Origin: an uncultured Lentimicrobiaceae bacterium
Lineage (GTDB): Bacteria; Bacteroidota; Bacteroidia; Bacteroidales; JAGONC01
Reading direction: 5' to 3'
Assembly: GCA_964628285.1 (NCBI GenBank)
Contig: CAZVNP010000013.1
Location: forward strand, 931-64,930
DNA length: 64,000 bases
Each line of letters begins with the position of its first letter. The stretch's first letter is position 1. The notes under the pieces are model-generated. The model did no database searches, had not been told where the DNA came from, and saw only the letters and a program-made list of their open reading frames with translations. Shown in pieces: positions 25,928 through 36,503 of this stretch. The translations under genes and the position numbers were made by a program.

Positions 25928-28900
25928 TCATAAAGCGGGGTGTTTCCCGCCTTTCTTCAATGCTTCATAGAACATTTTCTGTAACGTGGTCCTGATATCT
26001 CTGTCGATCAACTTATTATTGAGTGATGACGGGTGCACCCGGTTGGAGAGGAAGACGAATATAAGGTCGTTGACGGGATCGGCCCATATGTATGTCCCTG
26101 TGAAGCCGGTGTGTCCGAAGCTTTCCGGTGAGGCCAGCGTGCAGGCAGGGCCTTTGTCTTTCAGCAACGGGTCGGGTTTGTCGAAGCCCAGTCCCCGCCG
26201 GTTGCCGTTCCCGGGAAACTGGCGCCGTGTGAACCCGGCCACCGTCGCGCTGTCGATGTATTGCTTTCCGGCATAACGACCGTGCTGCAACAGCATCTGC
26301 ATGATCACCATCAGGTCGTTCGCATCGGAGAAGAGACCGGCGTGACCCGACACGCCGCCCAGCATGGCTGCGCCGGGATCATGGACGTCGCCCCACAGAA
26401 GCTGGTGCCGGAACACGGTATCCATCTCCGTCGGAACAATGTCGTCACGGATTGTGTGCTCCAGAGGTCTGAAACACATGGTAGTGAGTCCCAGCGGACG
26501 GTAAAAATTTCTCTCAACGTAATTTTCGAGCGGCTTGTTGGTAATGTCTTCGATGATGCGTTTGAGGAAATAAAAGCCCAGGTCGCTGTAAAGGTATTTT
26601 TTCTGCTTTATCAGAGGGGAGACAACGATAGTGTCATAAAGGATATCAGGGTAATCACGCCGGATGTAAAGACTTTCGGCCACTCTGTAAGGAAAGCGCA
26701 CGGAAACGGCATGGCTGAAAACATTCGTGTCGGGTATGCCGTCATGCACCACCTCCTGGTAAAACGGTATCCAGGCTTTCAGGCGGGCCTGATGGGTCAT
26801 TATGTCACGCAGAAGGATCGCCTCCTTATCGGTGCCCCTGATAAAAGGCAGGTAATCCGATAGTGTCTTGTCCAAGTCTATCCGGCCTTCGTCGTACAGT
26901 TTCATCACGGCCAGCGTTGTGGCGGCCACTTTGGTTATTGATGCCAGATCATAAAGGTCCGTGTTCTTCACCGGCCGGGAGCGATCGTAGCGGTGGTACC
27001 CGAACGATCGCTGGTAAAAGACCTTTCCGTCTTTCGCGGCCATCACCTGGCACCCGGGAAAAACGGAATCGGCCATGCACCTGTTGATGAGGCTGTCGAT
27101 ACCATACAGGTCCTCCCGGCTGACTCCCGCTTCATCAGGGATCACATAGGCCAGTTTTCCGGTTTCACGTGTCACGATACCGCTGTTCAAAGGGAACGCC
27201 CCGGAGCCTGTCACCGGCAGATGACCCCGGGCCGGCAAGCTGCCGAAGATGATCTGTGCCGATACCTCCTGTGCGTCAGGGGTATCCTGGTAGGAGACCA
27301 GGATAGCCGCGGCATGCCGCAGGCTGTCCAGCCACGCCAGTGCATAAGGGCTGCCAAAAACATCGAGGATGACGCTTTTTTGTTCCTGAAGACGTGACAG
27401 CAGGGACAGTAACTCCGGTGTCATGCCGTAGTTCATCTGTGGCCGGTAAGAGAGACCATGAAGTGAAATGATGATCAGGTTATATGGTTTCAATGCATTC
27501 AGAAGGCTGTCGGCCAAGCTGTCCAGACCTTCATAGGGATGGTAAAAATGAGCGGCGGCGGCGAAATTGTCCGACATATCCTGAAAAAGTGTCGTTCCGT
27601 CCGTACCCAGGGAGAGCGTGGCTATGTGCAGTGTGTCGTTAAGTTTCAGCGGGATCAGGTCACCGTCGTTGCGGACCAGTGTGACGGCCTTCTCAAAGAT
27701 CTGACGTGTGATCAGCCTGGCCTCGCCCCTGTCGAGATCGCGTATGACATGAGCGGTGTCGGCCGGCTTATAATGACTCAGACCGGCGAGGTATTTATAT
27801 GTCAGGATCTTGCGGCACCGCGCATCAATATCTGACTGGCTGATGATCCCATCGTTGACAGCCTGTTTAAAACGGCGGACAGCCTTAGGCACATCATGCG
27901 GCAGCAACAGAATGTCATTGCCGGCAAGGAAAGCCCTTATTTCAATGTCGCCCGGCGCAAAATATCCGGTGACCCCTTTCATATCTAAGGCATCGGTGAT
28001 GGTCAGTCCGTTGAAGCCGAGCGAGTTGTGCAGCAGTGTTGTCACCACGGAGGGTGACAGTGTGGCGGCGACGTTCGGTGAGGAGTCATATGCGGGCACG
28101 AACAGGTGGGCGGTCATGACGCCACCGACACCATTTTGTATCAGACGGCGGAAGGGCACCAGCTCGACACTATCCAGCCTGTCGCCGGAATGGGTGATGA
28201 CAGGCAGTGTATAGTGCGAGTCCTCGCCCGTGTCGCCATGGCCTGGAAAATGTTTGGCCACGGCGATGACACCATGGTCCTGCAAGCCACGCATATACTG
28301 AAGGCCCAGGGCCGCCACACGGTGTTTGTCTTCACCGAACGACCGGTAACCGATCACCGGATTTGCCGGATTGCTGTTGATATCGACCACCGGGGCGAGG
28401 TTCATTTGTATGCCCAGGCGTTTGCACTGCCTGGCGATCTCACCGGCCATTCTGTATACGAGCGAATCATCAGCGGCGGCTCCCAACGTCATCTGCCAGG
28501 GAAACGACCAGGTGCTGTCGAGCCGCATGCCCAAGCCCCATTCGGCATCAATGGATATCAGCAGGGGCACTTTGGCCAGTCTCTGGTAATAATTGGTGAG
28601 TAGCACCTGCCGCACCGGCCCGCCCTGGAAAAAGGTCAGCCCTCCGATAGCGTATCTGTTCAGCAGGTCGCCGATCTTTTTCATCTCATCCCTGTCCCCC
28701 CTTGAATAAGCCCTGACTGAAAAAAGCTGTGCAATCCTCTCCTCGGGCGTCAGGGTCCGCAATACCGAATCGACCCACCGGTTATCCACATGCCTGTCAA
28801 ATCCATAAAGGATTTGGCGGGGCTGCGCATATAACCTCAATCCGTGACAGGTAAAAAAACATAGCAATGAAAAAAAGAGGAGCAGGATATTTTTTTTCAT
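25928..28900 (-). CDS. GH3 beta-N-acetylglucosaminidase fused to a beta-lactamase-like serine hydrolase
   Basis: KHFPGHGDT and ITDALDM (GH3), DLASITK (SxxK), YSDLGF, GHTGFTG. Confidence 0.9.
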   Translation of the reverse strand: MKKNILLLFFSLLCFFTCHGLRLYAQPRQILYGFDRHVDNRWVDSVLRTLTPEERIAQLFSVRAYSRGDRDEMKKIGDLLNRYAIGGLTFFQGGPVRQVLLTNYYQRLAKVPLLISIDAEWGLGMRLDSTWSFPWQMTLGAAADDSLVYRMAGEIARQCKRLGIQMNLAPVVDINSNPANPVIGYRSFGEDKHRVAALGLQYMRGLQDHGVIAVAKHFPGHGDTGEDSHYTLPVITHSGDRLDSVELVPFRRLIQNGVGGVMTAHLFVPAYDSSPNVAATLSPSVVTTLLHNSLGFNGLTITDALDMKGVTGYFAPGDIEIRAFLAGNDILLLPHDVPKAVRRFKQAVNDGIISQSDIDARCRKILTYKYLAGLSHYKPADTAHVIRDLDRGEARLITRQIFEKAVTLVRNDGDLIPLKLNDTLHIATLSLGTDGTTLFQDMSDNFAAAAHFYHPYEGLDSLADSLLNALKPYNLIIISLHGLSYRPQMNYGMTPELLSLLSRLQEQKSVILDVFGSPYALAWLDSLRHAAAILVSYQDTPDAQEVSAQIIFGSLPARGHLPVTGSGAFPLNSGIVTRETGKLAYVIPDEAGVSREDLYGIDSLINRCMADSVFPGCQVMAAKDGKVFYQRSFGYHRYDRSRPVKNTDLYDLASITKVAATTLAVMKLYDEGRIDLDKTLSDYLPFIRGTDKEAILLRDIMTHQARLKAWIPFYQEVVHDGIPDTNVFSHAVSVRFPYRVAESLYIRRDYPDILYDTIVVSPLIKQKKYLYSDLGFYFLKRIIEDITNKPLENYVERNFYRPLGLTTMCFRPLEHTIRDDIVPTEMDTVFRHQLLWGDVHDPGAAMLGGVSGHAGLFSDANDLMVIMQMLLQHGRYAGKQYIDSATVAGFTRRQFPGNGNRRGLGFDKPDPLLKDKGPACTLASPESFGHTGFTGTYIWADPVNDLIFVFLSNRVHPSSLNNKLIDRDIRTTLQKMFYEALKKGGKHPAL

Positions 28901-28915
28901 GAAACGTAAAAACAG

Positions 28916-30499
28916 TTGAAAGCTTCAAAAGTAATAAAAGGTACGACAACACCACCGGATATTATCTCTTTTATCAAATCAGCACATTTCAACAGGAATA
29001 TCATCATTTTTTCGTTATTTTTGAACACTATCATTCATTATATTACGTTAAACAGACATCAGGGTCATATATCAACCGACATTATCAGCGCGCATTCATA
29101 TGGTATTTTACGTAGCCTCGTGCCGGCGGTCATCACCTCTCTTTTTCTGATGAGCCCTGGGGCAGGTTTTTCCCAAAACAAGGGTGAGAAAGAGGCTATT
29201 CCGCCGACCACGCGTATCCTGTTTGTCTTCGATGCTTCTCAAAGCATGGGAGGGCAATGGCAAAGCGGCATCAAGTTCAACATTGCCCGCGATCTGCTGG
29301 CGCGCATGCTTGACAGCTTGCGGGGTGTTCCCAACCTGGAGATGGGCCTGCGTGTTTATGGGCACCAGAAACCCGTGCCGCCGCAAGATTGCAACGACAC
29401 CCGGCTGGAAGTTCCGATCGGTAAGAATAATATCTCACGCATTGAAAGCATCCTCAAAAATCTGGTGCCCCGCGGCACCACGCCGATCGCTTATTCTCTG
29501 GAACAGACAGAGAAGGACTTCACGCCCTGCGAAAACTGCCGCAACATCATTGTTCTGATCACCGACGGCGATGAAGAGTGCGGTGGCGATCCCTGCGCCG
29601 TGTCGAGGGCACTCCAGCAAAAAGGGATCATGCTCAAGCCATTCATCATAGGCATAGGGCGTGATTTCAGGGCCGACTTTGAATGCGTCGGGAATTATTT
29701 CGATGCCTCCACCGAACACAACTTCCAGACGGTTTTAAAAGTGGTCATCTCACAGGCCCTTAATTCGACGACAGCCCAGGTCAACCTTCTCGATGCCGAC
29801 GGTAATCCCACCGAGACCAATGTCAACATGACCTTCTATGACAACCTCACGGGTGCCGTCAAGTACAATTTCATACATACTTTGAACAACAAGGGATTAC
29901 CTGACACCATCCTCATCGATCCGCTGATCACTTACGACATCGTGGTTCACACCCTGCCACCGGTGAGGGCCGACAGTCTGAGGCTGACACCGGGGCAGCA
30001 CACCATCATCCCGATCAGCACACCCCAGGGTTACCTCCGGCTGAAGGTAGGAAACAACGACCTGACGCTGCGCGACCTGAACTGTATCATACGGCAGAAC
30101 GGCAAGATGGAGACCCTCAATGTACAGCCTTTCGGGACCACAGCCAAATACCTCACTGGTAAATACGACCTGGAGATTCTGTGCCTGCCACGCATCATGG
30201 TACCGGATGTCGACATCAGCCAGAGTCACACCACCACCGTCGAAATACCGTCGCCGGGCATTGTCATCATCCAGAAATCGGTGTACGGTTACGGCAGCCT
30301 TTATTCAAAAATAAATAACCGGATGCAATGGATCTATGACCTGCGTGAAAACACATTGCAGGAATCGCTAATGCTTCAGCCGGGGACCTATGCTGTTGTA
30401 TTCCGTTCCAAATACCTCAACCATTCATTGTATACAATTGAAAAAACTTTTAAGATTGAATCCGGTGTAAGCACCACCGTCAATCTTTATTCCAATTGA
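28916..30499 (+). CDS. VWA-domain protein; true start uncertain and probably downstream
   Basis: MIDAS motif FDASQSM, GTTPIA, LITDGDEECGGDPC. Confidence 0.8.
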   Translation: MKASKVIKGTTTPPDIISFIKSAHFNRNIIIFSLFLNTIIHYITLNRHQGHISTDIISAHSYGILRSLVPAVITSLFLMSPGAGFSQNKGEKEAIPPTTRILFVFDASQSMGGQWQSGIKFNIARDLLARMLDSLRGVPNLEMGLRVYGHQKPVPPQDCNDTRLEVPIGKNNISRIESILKNLVPRGTTPIAYSLEQTEKDFTPCENCRNIIVLITDGDEECGGDPCAVSRALQQKGIMLKPFIIGIGRDFRADFECVGNYFDASTEHNFQTVLKVVISQALNSTTAQVNLLDADGNPTETNVNMTFYDNLTGAVKYNFIHTLNNKGLPDTILIDPLITYDIVVHTLPPVRADSLRLTPGQHTIIPISTPQGYLRLKVGNNDLTLRDLNCIIRQNGKMETLNVQPFGTTAKYLTGKYDLEILCLPRIMVPDVDISQSHTTTVEIPSPGIVIIQKSVYGYGSLYSKINNRMQWIYDLRENTLQESLMLQPGTYAVVFRSKYLNHSLYTIEKTFKIESGVSTTVNLYSN

Positions 30500-30511
30500 T
30501 TTTCAACACCT

Positions 30512-31063
30512 GTGACTTCCGACCGGCCCGACAAGGAGATTTTGGATTTGTTCCGTGATGAGGTCACCAGGCACTCCGGTTTCGAGCTTCTGGTGAACAC
30601 CTACCAGAAACCCGTGTACTGGCATATCAGGAGGTTGGTCATCGACCATGACGATACGAACGATCTTGTTCAGAATGTCTTTCTGAAGATCTGGGAGAAC
30701 TTAGACCGTTTCAGGGAGCAGTCGCGACTGTTCACGTGGATTTACAGCATTGCCACCAATGAGGCCATCAGCTTCCTGAAACATAAACGCACCCGCTTTC
30801 TCCTGCCCCTGGGTGACGTTGAAAGCGATCTGGCGCAATCGCTTCATGATGATCCGTACTTCAGCGGTGATGAGGTGCAAACCACACTCCATCAGGCTAT
30901 CCTGACATTGCCGCTGAAACAGCGCATCGTCTTCACGATGAGGTATTATGATGAGCTGCCCTATGAGGAGATGTCAGCGATACTGAAGACATCGGCGGGA
31001 GCTCTTAAAGCATCCTATCACCATGCGGCGAAAAAAATAGAGAAATACATTATGAACCATTAA
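30512..31063 (+). CDS. ECF sigma-70 factor
   Basis: DLVQNVFLKIW, FTWIYSIATN, region 4 YEEMSAILKTSAGALKASYH. Confidence 0.92.
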   Translation: MTSDRPDKEILDLFRDEVTRHSGFELLVNTYQKPVYWHIRRLVIDHDDTNDLVQNVFLKIWENLDRFREQSRLFTWIYSIATNEAISFLKHKRTRFLLPLGDVESDLAQSLHDDPYFSGDEVQTTLHQAILTLPLKQRIVFTMRYYDELPYEEMSAILKTSAGALKASYHHAAKKIEKYIMNH

Positions 31064-31097
31064 ACCTTAAGGCGATTTTTCACTCTTATAATATAAA

Positions 31098-31589
31098 ATG
31101 ACAAAAATCAGAAAAATAGATCCCCAGGAATCTGATCATGATAAGCAGTCTTTGCTTTCCAGATTGAAGGATGTGAATCCTTTCATTACGCCCGAAGGTT
31201 ATTTTGACACGCTGCCGCGCATCATCCTTGACAAGATTCATCAGGGGCGTCCCACAACACGGCGTCAACACCGGCATTTGCAGCTCGCGCCGGCACGTCT
31301 GGCCGTGGCAGCCGTTATCTTACTATTCCTGGCAGCTGCCGTTTACTGGTTATTGTCGTCAAAGAGAACGTTTAACATGTCGTCGGCCGGCATGACCACC
31401 TGGGATCTGGTGTTTGACGAGAACGGCCGGCAGGTCATCAACTTTGACGATGCCATTCTGATGGAAACGCTGGCACATGAGATGACCTCCTTCGTTCCGT
31501 CAGTCCCCGGCGACAGCCTCACCGGTGAGGATATCATCAACTACCTGGTGAAGGATTATAACAATGAAGATCTGATCTATGATCTCTGA
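31098..31589 (+). CDS. Membrane-anchored protein, putative anti-sigma factor
   Basis: PFITPEGYFD motif followed by one TM helix, directly after the ECF sigma gene. Confidence 0.6.
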   Translation: MTKIRKIDPQESDHDKQSLLSRLKDVNPFITPEGYFDTLPRIILDKIHQGRPTTRRQHRHLQLAPARLAVAAVILLFLAAAVYWLLSSKRTFNMSSAGMTTWDLVFDENGRQVINFDDAILMETLAHEMTSFVPSVPGDSLTGEDIINYLVKDYNNEDLIYDL

Positions 31590-31633
31590 GCCGTAAACAC
31601 AGATCTTTAATATTAACCCAAATATTCCTTACA

Positions 31634-32122
31634 ATGACGAACACATATCATAACCTGTTAAAGGCAGGCCTCATCGCCATCCTGTTAACGGGCGCGACAG
31701 GTTTATTATCCGCCCAGCATGACCGTGATTTTCAAAAGAAAAGGGAGGAGATCAGGGCTCAGAAGATAGCTTTTATCACCACCCGTCTTAACCTCACCCC
31801 CGAGGAAGCCCAGAAGTTCTGGCCCGTGTATAATGAATACGAATCGAAAAAGGAAGCCATAAAAAGAGAATTCCGCAAAGAGGCTGACCTGCATGATATC
31901 GATATTGACACCCTGACCGATGCCGAAGCGTCCAGGATCGCCGATGATCAGATCATCCAGGAGCAGCGTTTGCTCGATCTGGAAAAGGAATATTACATCA
32001 AATACAAAAGCGTGTTACCCATCAAAAAAGTCGTGCTTCTTTTCCAGGCCGATAAGGACTTCCAGCGGGTGCTGCTGCAGAAGATCAGGGAACAGGGGCC
32101 GCCGAACGTCCGCCACCGGTGA
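31634..32122 (+). CDS. Spy/CpxP-like helical exported protein
   Basis: Signal peptide and KIAFITTRLNLTPEEAQKFWPVYNEY. Confidence 0.65.
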   Translation: MTNTYHNLLKAGLIAILLTGATGLLSAQHDRDFQKKREEIRAQKIAFITTRLNLTPEEAQKFWPVYNEYESKKEAIKREFRKEADLHDIDIDTLTDAEASRIADDQIIQEQRLLDLEKEYYIKYKSVLPIKKVVLLFQADKDFQRVLLQKIREQGPPNVRHR

Positions 32123-32124
32123 TC

Positions 32125-32682
32125 CTATTCGTTCTTCCAGTTATTGTATTGCTCTATGAGACTCACACAGGATTCGTCGGGGATGGTGACCTGTGTGGTG
32201 AGGCTCAGGGTCGTCGTACCTTCCGGCCAAAACACCACGGGCATGACCTCGCCACCATATGTGCCGTTGGCATCGAGGAAGGTCTCATTCTCCCAGGCAC
32301 TGCATAACGAGTACATGACAGGGCTCTTGCGGTCATATTGAAACAGCCTCACGGCATCAAGATGGTCGAATTGCATGGTCACCTCGGCACACAACATGCC
32401 ATTTTCCTCATACAACTTTTTTTGAATGTCGGTAGCTTCCGGAAAATCATTTTCCAGCTGATCACCATACAGGTATGTGTTGATCAATTCGTCGAAATCT
32501 TCAGAGGACACGTCATTGCCTTCATCCATCACCGACATGATGTTGATAAACCGGATAGTGAGCTTACCTGAATTCTTACCTGTCATCTCAAAGGAATATT
32601 CTTTCTTTTCGCATGTGAGGCACCCGCTGAGAAGAAAAGCCACCGACGCAAGGATCATCAGATAGGAACATGTTTTTTTCAT
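32125..32682 (-). CDS. Hypothetical lipoprotein
   Basis: LSGC lipobox. Confidence 0.7.
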   Translation of the reverse strand: MKKTCSYLMILASVAFLLSGCLTCEKKEYSFEMTGKNSGKLTIRFINIMSVMDEGNDVSSEDFDELINTYLYGDQLENDFPEATDIQKKLYEENGMLCAEVTMQFDHLDAVRLFQYDRKSPVMYSLCSAWENETFLDANGTYGGEVMPVVFWPEGTTTLSLTTQVTIPDESCVSLIEQYNNWKNE

Positions 32683-32725
32683 AGCCTGAGCTGTTTAAGT
32701 GAATATCACCATTCGCTATAAATTG

Positions 32726-32745
32726 TAATTTTGTTCTCAAATATA
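32726..32745. promoter_or_regulatory. Back-to-back candidate -7 boxes for the divergent lipoprotein and pnuC genes
   Basis: TAATTTTG on + (32726-32733) and TATATTTG on - (32738-32745). Confidence 0.45.
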
Positions 32746-32855
32746 GAAAGGTTCTTTGCATTTTCAAAATAAATTCACAGGTATCTTTCTGAATGCCCGG
32801 TCGGAAGTAAAAATAAGACCGGCCTGACAGCCATGACGGAGTTATTTTTCCTGCC

Positions 32856-33467
32856 ATGTTTGAACAACTCTATCAAAACACCCTCCACACCTCCTGGGTG
32901 GAAATCATCGCCGTTATCTTCGGCATCCTGAGCGTGTGGTTTGCCAGGAAAGAGAATATTCTGGTCTATCCCACCGGCATCATCAATGTGCTCATCTATG
33001 TCTACCTCAGCTTTAAGGCGGGGCTGTATGCTCTGATGGGCATCAATTTCTTCTATTTCATCATGAGCGTTTACGGGTGGTACAGCTGGACTCACAAGGA
33101 TACCGACAGGCAGGTTCTGGCCATCACGTGGTGCAACCTCACCTATCACATCATCAACGTGATAGCCTTAGCCGTATTCTTCGTGCTGCTGCGTTATATC
33201 CTCATGTATTTCACCGACAGCACGGTGCCCAACCTGGATGCCCTGACCACCTCCATTTTCATCGTGGCTATGTGGCTTATGGCCCGCAAGAAAGTGGAAA
33301 ACTGGATCGGATGGATCGTCGGTGATGTCATCTGTATTCCGCTGTACGCATCGAAAGGATTGGTTTTCACCAGCGTGCAATATATTGTCTTTCTCATCAT
33401 CGCCGTGATGGGATTCATCGAATGGCGCAGGAAAACCATTGAAAAGGCCAGGAAGGCGGGAGCATGA
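32856..33467 (+). CDS. pnuC: Nicotinamide riboside transporter, PnuC family
   Basis: Hydrophobic protein with SVYGWYSW, LDALTTSIF..AMWLMARKKVENW. Confidence 0.9.
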   Translation: MFEQLYQNTLHTSWVEIIAVIFGILSVWFARKENILVYPTGIINVLIYVYLSFKAGLYALMGINFFYFIMSVYGWYSWTHKDTDRQVLAITWCNLTYHIINVIALAVFFVLLRYILMYFTDSTVPNLDALTTSIFIVAMWLMARKKVENWIGWIVGDVICIPLYASKGLVFTSVQYIVFLIIAVMGFIEWRRKTIEKARKAGA

Positions 33468-34000
33468 TACGGCGTGTGGCCATCACCGGACCTGAATCGA
33501 CAGGCAAGTCGACACTGGCACAGCGCCTGGCCGACCACTATCACACGTTGTGGGTGCCGGAGTATGCCAGGGATTATATTGATCATCTTGAAAGGCCCTA
33601 TGATTTGAACGATATCATTGAGATTGCCAAAGAACAGTATAAGCGTGAAGAAGCGATGGCCGCCGTAGCCAACGGCCTTCTTTTCTGCGACACCGATTTT
33701 ATCGTGCTGAAAATCTGGTGTGAGTTCAAATACAAGAGCTGCCCGCCCTGGATCCTCGACAAGGTCAACCATCATATCTACGATCTGTATCTGCTGCCCG
33801 ATATCGATCTTCCCTGGAGCTATGATCCCCAGCGTGAGCACCCCCATCTAAGGGAGTTGCTTTTTTCGCTCTATGAAAACGAGCTGAAAGACCGTCATCT
33901 GAATTATACCATCATCAGAGGTGAAGGGGACGACAGGATAAAAAAGGCCATCGTGGCCGTAAAGGGATTGTTAGAAGGGAAAAAGCATCAGCGGCGATAA
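33464..34000 (+). CDS. NadR-like P-loop kinase domain (AAA_28)
   Basis: AITGPESTGKS, VPEYAR, LFCDTD, DLPWSYDPQRE; 4-bp overlap with pnuC. Confidence 0.85.
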   Translation: MIRRVAITGPESTGKSTLAQRLADHYHTLWVPEYARDYIDHLERPYDLNDIIEIAKEQYKREEAMAAVANGLLFCDTDFIVLKIWCEFKYKSCPPWILDKVNHHIYDLYLLPDIDLPWSYDPQREHPHLRELLFSLYENELKDRHLNYTIIRGEGDDRIKKAIVAVKGLLEGKKHQRR

Positions 34001-34018
34001 CAACACCTTGCCGATGCC

Positions 34019-34660
34019 TTATGGCTCACCGGCATTCGTTATCCTGTAAAATGTGCCTTTTTCGGTGACGATCATCTCAACGATCTTCAGCACGACGAGG
34101 TTGACCAGTATGGTCTCCCCTTTTTTCCGTGATACTTTGGCCTGGCGGCAGAATGCCGACAGGGTGATGGATCCTTTTTTCCCGAGATAGTCAAGCAGCC
34201 ACCGTTCCTTGTCGGAGTAACGCAGGACGACACCCTGCTTTTGCTTCTGTTTCTCCCACACTTTCAATAACACTGAGTTAGCGAGAAGATTCTGGTCTTT
34301 TACGCGGATGTAGACAAACCACCGGCCGTCTTTATCCTGGGCATAATGCGGCAGGGTATGGCTTTTAGGTATTGTCACCTCCACGACGGTCTTACCTTCC
34401 AGTTCCCACTCCTTGGTGGTGAAGAGCACCGGCGGTTTGCTGTAAAGGTTGGCGGCGGCTTCGACCATGAAAAGCTCTTCGTCGGAGCGGACGCCTGCGA
34501 TGGCGCCGTTATCCTTCACGCCGACGAGCAGCGTGCCGCCGTCGGTGTTGGCAAAAGCCACCAGGCTGCGCGCGATCTTGCGCGAGTCGGCGATCTCAAA
34601 CTTGAAATCCAGCTGCTGGTGCTCGCCCTGTTCGATGAGTTTTTTAATGTAATGGGTCAT
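34019..34660 (-). CDS. AlbA_2 (Schlafen-like) domain protein with C-terminal winged helix
   Basis: GEHQQLDFK, SLVAFANTDGGTLLVGVKDNG. Confidence 0.85.
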   Translation of the reverse strand: MTHYIKKLIEQGEHQQLDFKFEIADSRKIARSLVAFANTDGGTLLVGVKDNGAIAGVRSDEELFMVEAAANLYSKPPVLFTTKEWELEGKTVVEVTIPKSHTLPHYAQDKDGRWFVYIRVKDQNLLANSVLLKVWEKQKQKQGVVLRYSDKERWLLDYLGKKGSITLSAFCRQAKVSRKKGETILVNLVVLKIVEMIVTEKGTFYRITNAGEP

Positions 34661-34809
34661 GGAAATGGTGGTCAAATGATCGTAACATCGGGCCGGCCGG
34701 ATTGCTAAAATATAAAATTAATGGTTCCCGTCATGATGGGCAATGTGCACTTGCTAATTTTATTTGAAAAAATAACAGGCGAAGGCGGGATTGCGGGTTG
34801 CAGGCCGCA

Positions 34810-34867
34810 CAGCCCCCTACCCAATCCTTCCCCCATGTTGGGGGAAGGGATCAGGGGACAGGGGCTG
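34810..34867. repeat. Hairpin A, copy 2
   Basis: cagccccctacccaatccttccccc-atgtt-gggggaagggatcaggggacaggggctg. Confidence 0.85.
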
Positions 34868-34883
34868 ATCATTGGATGTGAAA

Positions 34884-34951
34884 ATGGGACTCCATCCACA
34901 TGCATAGTAAAATCTTTTTTCCGTTATCCGTTTGAGTGGATGGAGTCCCAT
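34884..34951. repeat. Palindrome P, copy 1
   Basis: Perfect arms atgggactccatccac (34884-34899) and gtggatggagtcccat (34936-34951) with a 36-nt loop. Confidence 0.9.
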
Positions 34952-34986
34952 CCGGAGTGGCGAAGATGCACCTTGAGCGCTCCCGC

Positions 34987-36216
34987 TCATTTCAGCAGGA
35001 TCATCTTCTTCACATCTTTCCGCTCATTGTTTACCTCAAGGGCGCAATAATAAATTCCTTCCGGTAGATCCTGTGGTGTAAAAGTAAACCGGTGTTCGCC
35101 TGATTCAGTATAATCATCATAAGGTACCGCCACCAGGGCACCCAGGAGGTTATAAACTTTCACCGAAACCTGGGCGGCCACAGGAACACGGAAAATAATG
35201 ACGGTGCTTTCTTTAAAAGGATTCGGCACATTTTGAGATACTTCTAATCTCTTTTTGATGCTATCATCATTTATCCCCACAAAATCGCCCAAATCATGAA
35301 AATAGGTGGTGAACGTTTCTCCATAATCCGTGCTGAAATCAATATATAGTAACACATGAGAACCCGTTGGGTCGGCTGTACTTCTTATGACATAAAAAGT
35401 ACCCGGTTCCCGTCCGGCGGTGTACTGAACTCCCCAGGAAGATAAATTGATATCATTGGATTCGTATTTTAAAACAAAGTTTTGCCCGGTATCGGTGCTG
35501 TGATAGATGCGGTATTTTGCGTAAAGCCACCAGGATACCAGATATATTTCGCCCGGCCCGGTGCCTCTGTGAATCTCAGGGTAGTTGCCTTCAATGGAAT
35601 AAAATGCAACTGAGGTATCAATGGGGATATCGGTAAAAGTACTACCGTAATCATGACTATAATGTAAAAAATATTGGACACCTGCCAATCCGTCCAAACC
35701 ATAAACTTCACCGGGTTCAGAGCCAACTTCTAACACATATTTTGCACTATCTCTTACCGGAATGAAATTATTTCCATAATCTATACTCCGCCATATGGTT
35801 CCCTGAGTATTTACACAGCATTTATATATTTCCCCATTTATGCAGCCGCTTGTAAATCTGCCGCTGGAGCCATAATTCTCTATATAGTTCCAGCTGACGC
35901 CATAGTCATAGCTTACCCATAATTCATTCCAGCCATAGTTGTACAGAACACCTGGTGTTGCATCACCTTTGGGAACGGCGATTGACATTGTTCCCGGTTC
36001 CGGCGGGCGCGTGCTGGAATACATTAATTGTATGGTCTGACCGTTATCTTGGGAGAAAAAAATCGCAAAATAATCTACTTCTGACCAATACCAATTATCA
36101 GTAATATAAATTTCACCGGGTTCAGCTCCGCGGGTGATTTGAGCAAAAGCAGGGATGCTGCAGAGAACTAAAATAATTGCCGATACGAATGAAAGGAAAA
36201 TATTTTTCATCATCAA
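34987..36216 (-). CDS. T9SS-sorted BNR/Asp-box propeller protein
   Basis: Signal peptide, six SxDxGxx(F/W/I) boxes, repeated GxxPGE(I/V)Y, C-terminal QNVPNPF...GIYYCAL. Confidence 0.85.
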   Translation of the reverse strand: MMMKNIFLSFVSAIILVLCSIPAFAQITRGAEPGEIYITDNWYWSEVDYFAIFFSQDNGQTIQLMYSSTRPPEPGTMSIAVPKGDATPGVLYNYGWNELWVSYDYGVSWNYIENYGSSGRFTSGCINGEIYKCCVNTQGTIWRSIDYGNNFIPVRDSAKYVLEVGSEPGEVYGLDGLAGVQYFLHYSHDYGSTFTDIPIDTSVAFYSIEGNYPEIHRGTGPGEIYLVSWWLYAKYRIYHSTDTGQNFVLKYESNDINLSSWGVQYTAGREPGTFYVIRSTADPTGSHVLLYIDFSTDYGETFTTYFHDLGDFVGINDDSIKKRLEVSQNVPNPFKESTVIIFRVPVAAQVSVKVYNLLGALVAVPYDDYTESGEHRFTFTPQDLPEGIYYCALEVNNERKDVKKMILLK

Positions 36217-36503
36217 TATTCTAATTTATATCGTTAATTATCTATCTTCAATTTATAAGCTGCAAAACAGATCATTATGATAATCTCACGATTATTTTTT
36301 GATTCAGACAATGTATTATTATCAAAAATCTTTATTAAGTAATTCAGGATTTAAAGATACAAAATATTCCAATATCAACTATTGATAAAAATAAAACAGA
36401 TAGTCATTTGGAATGATTAACGACTCGATCAGACCAGTTTATTCTTAAAAATCGTTATTCTGATTTTTCAGCATTAAGGATGTTTATTCTGGAAACATCC
36501 CTG

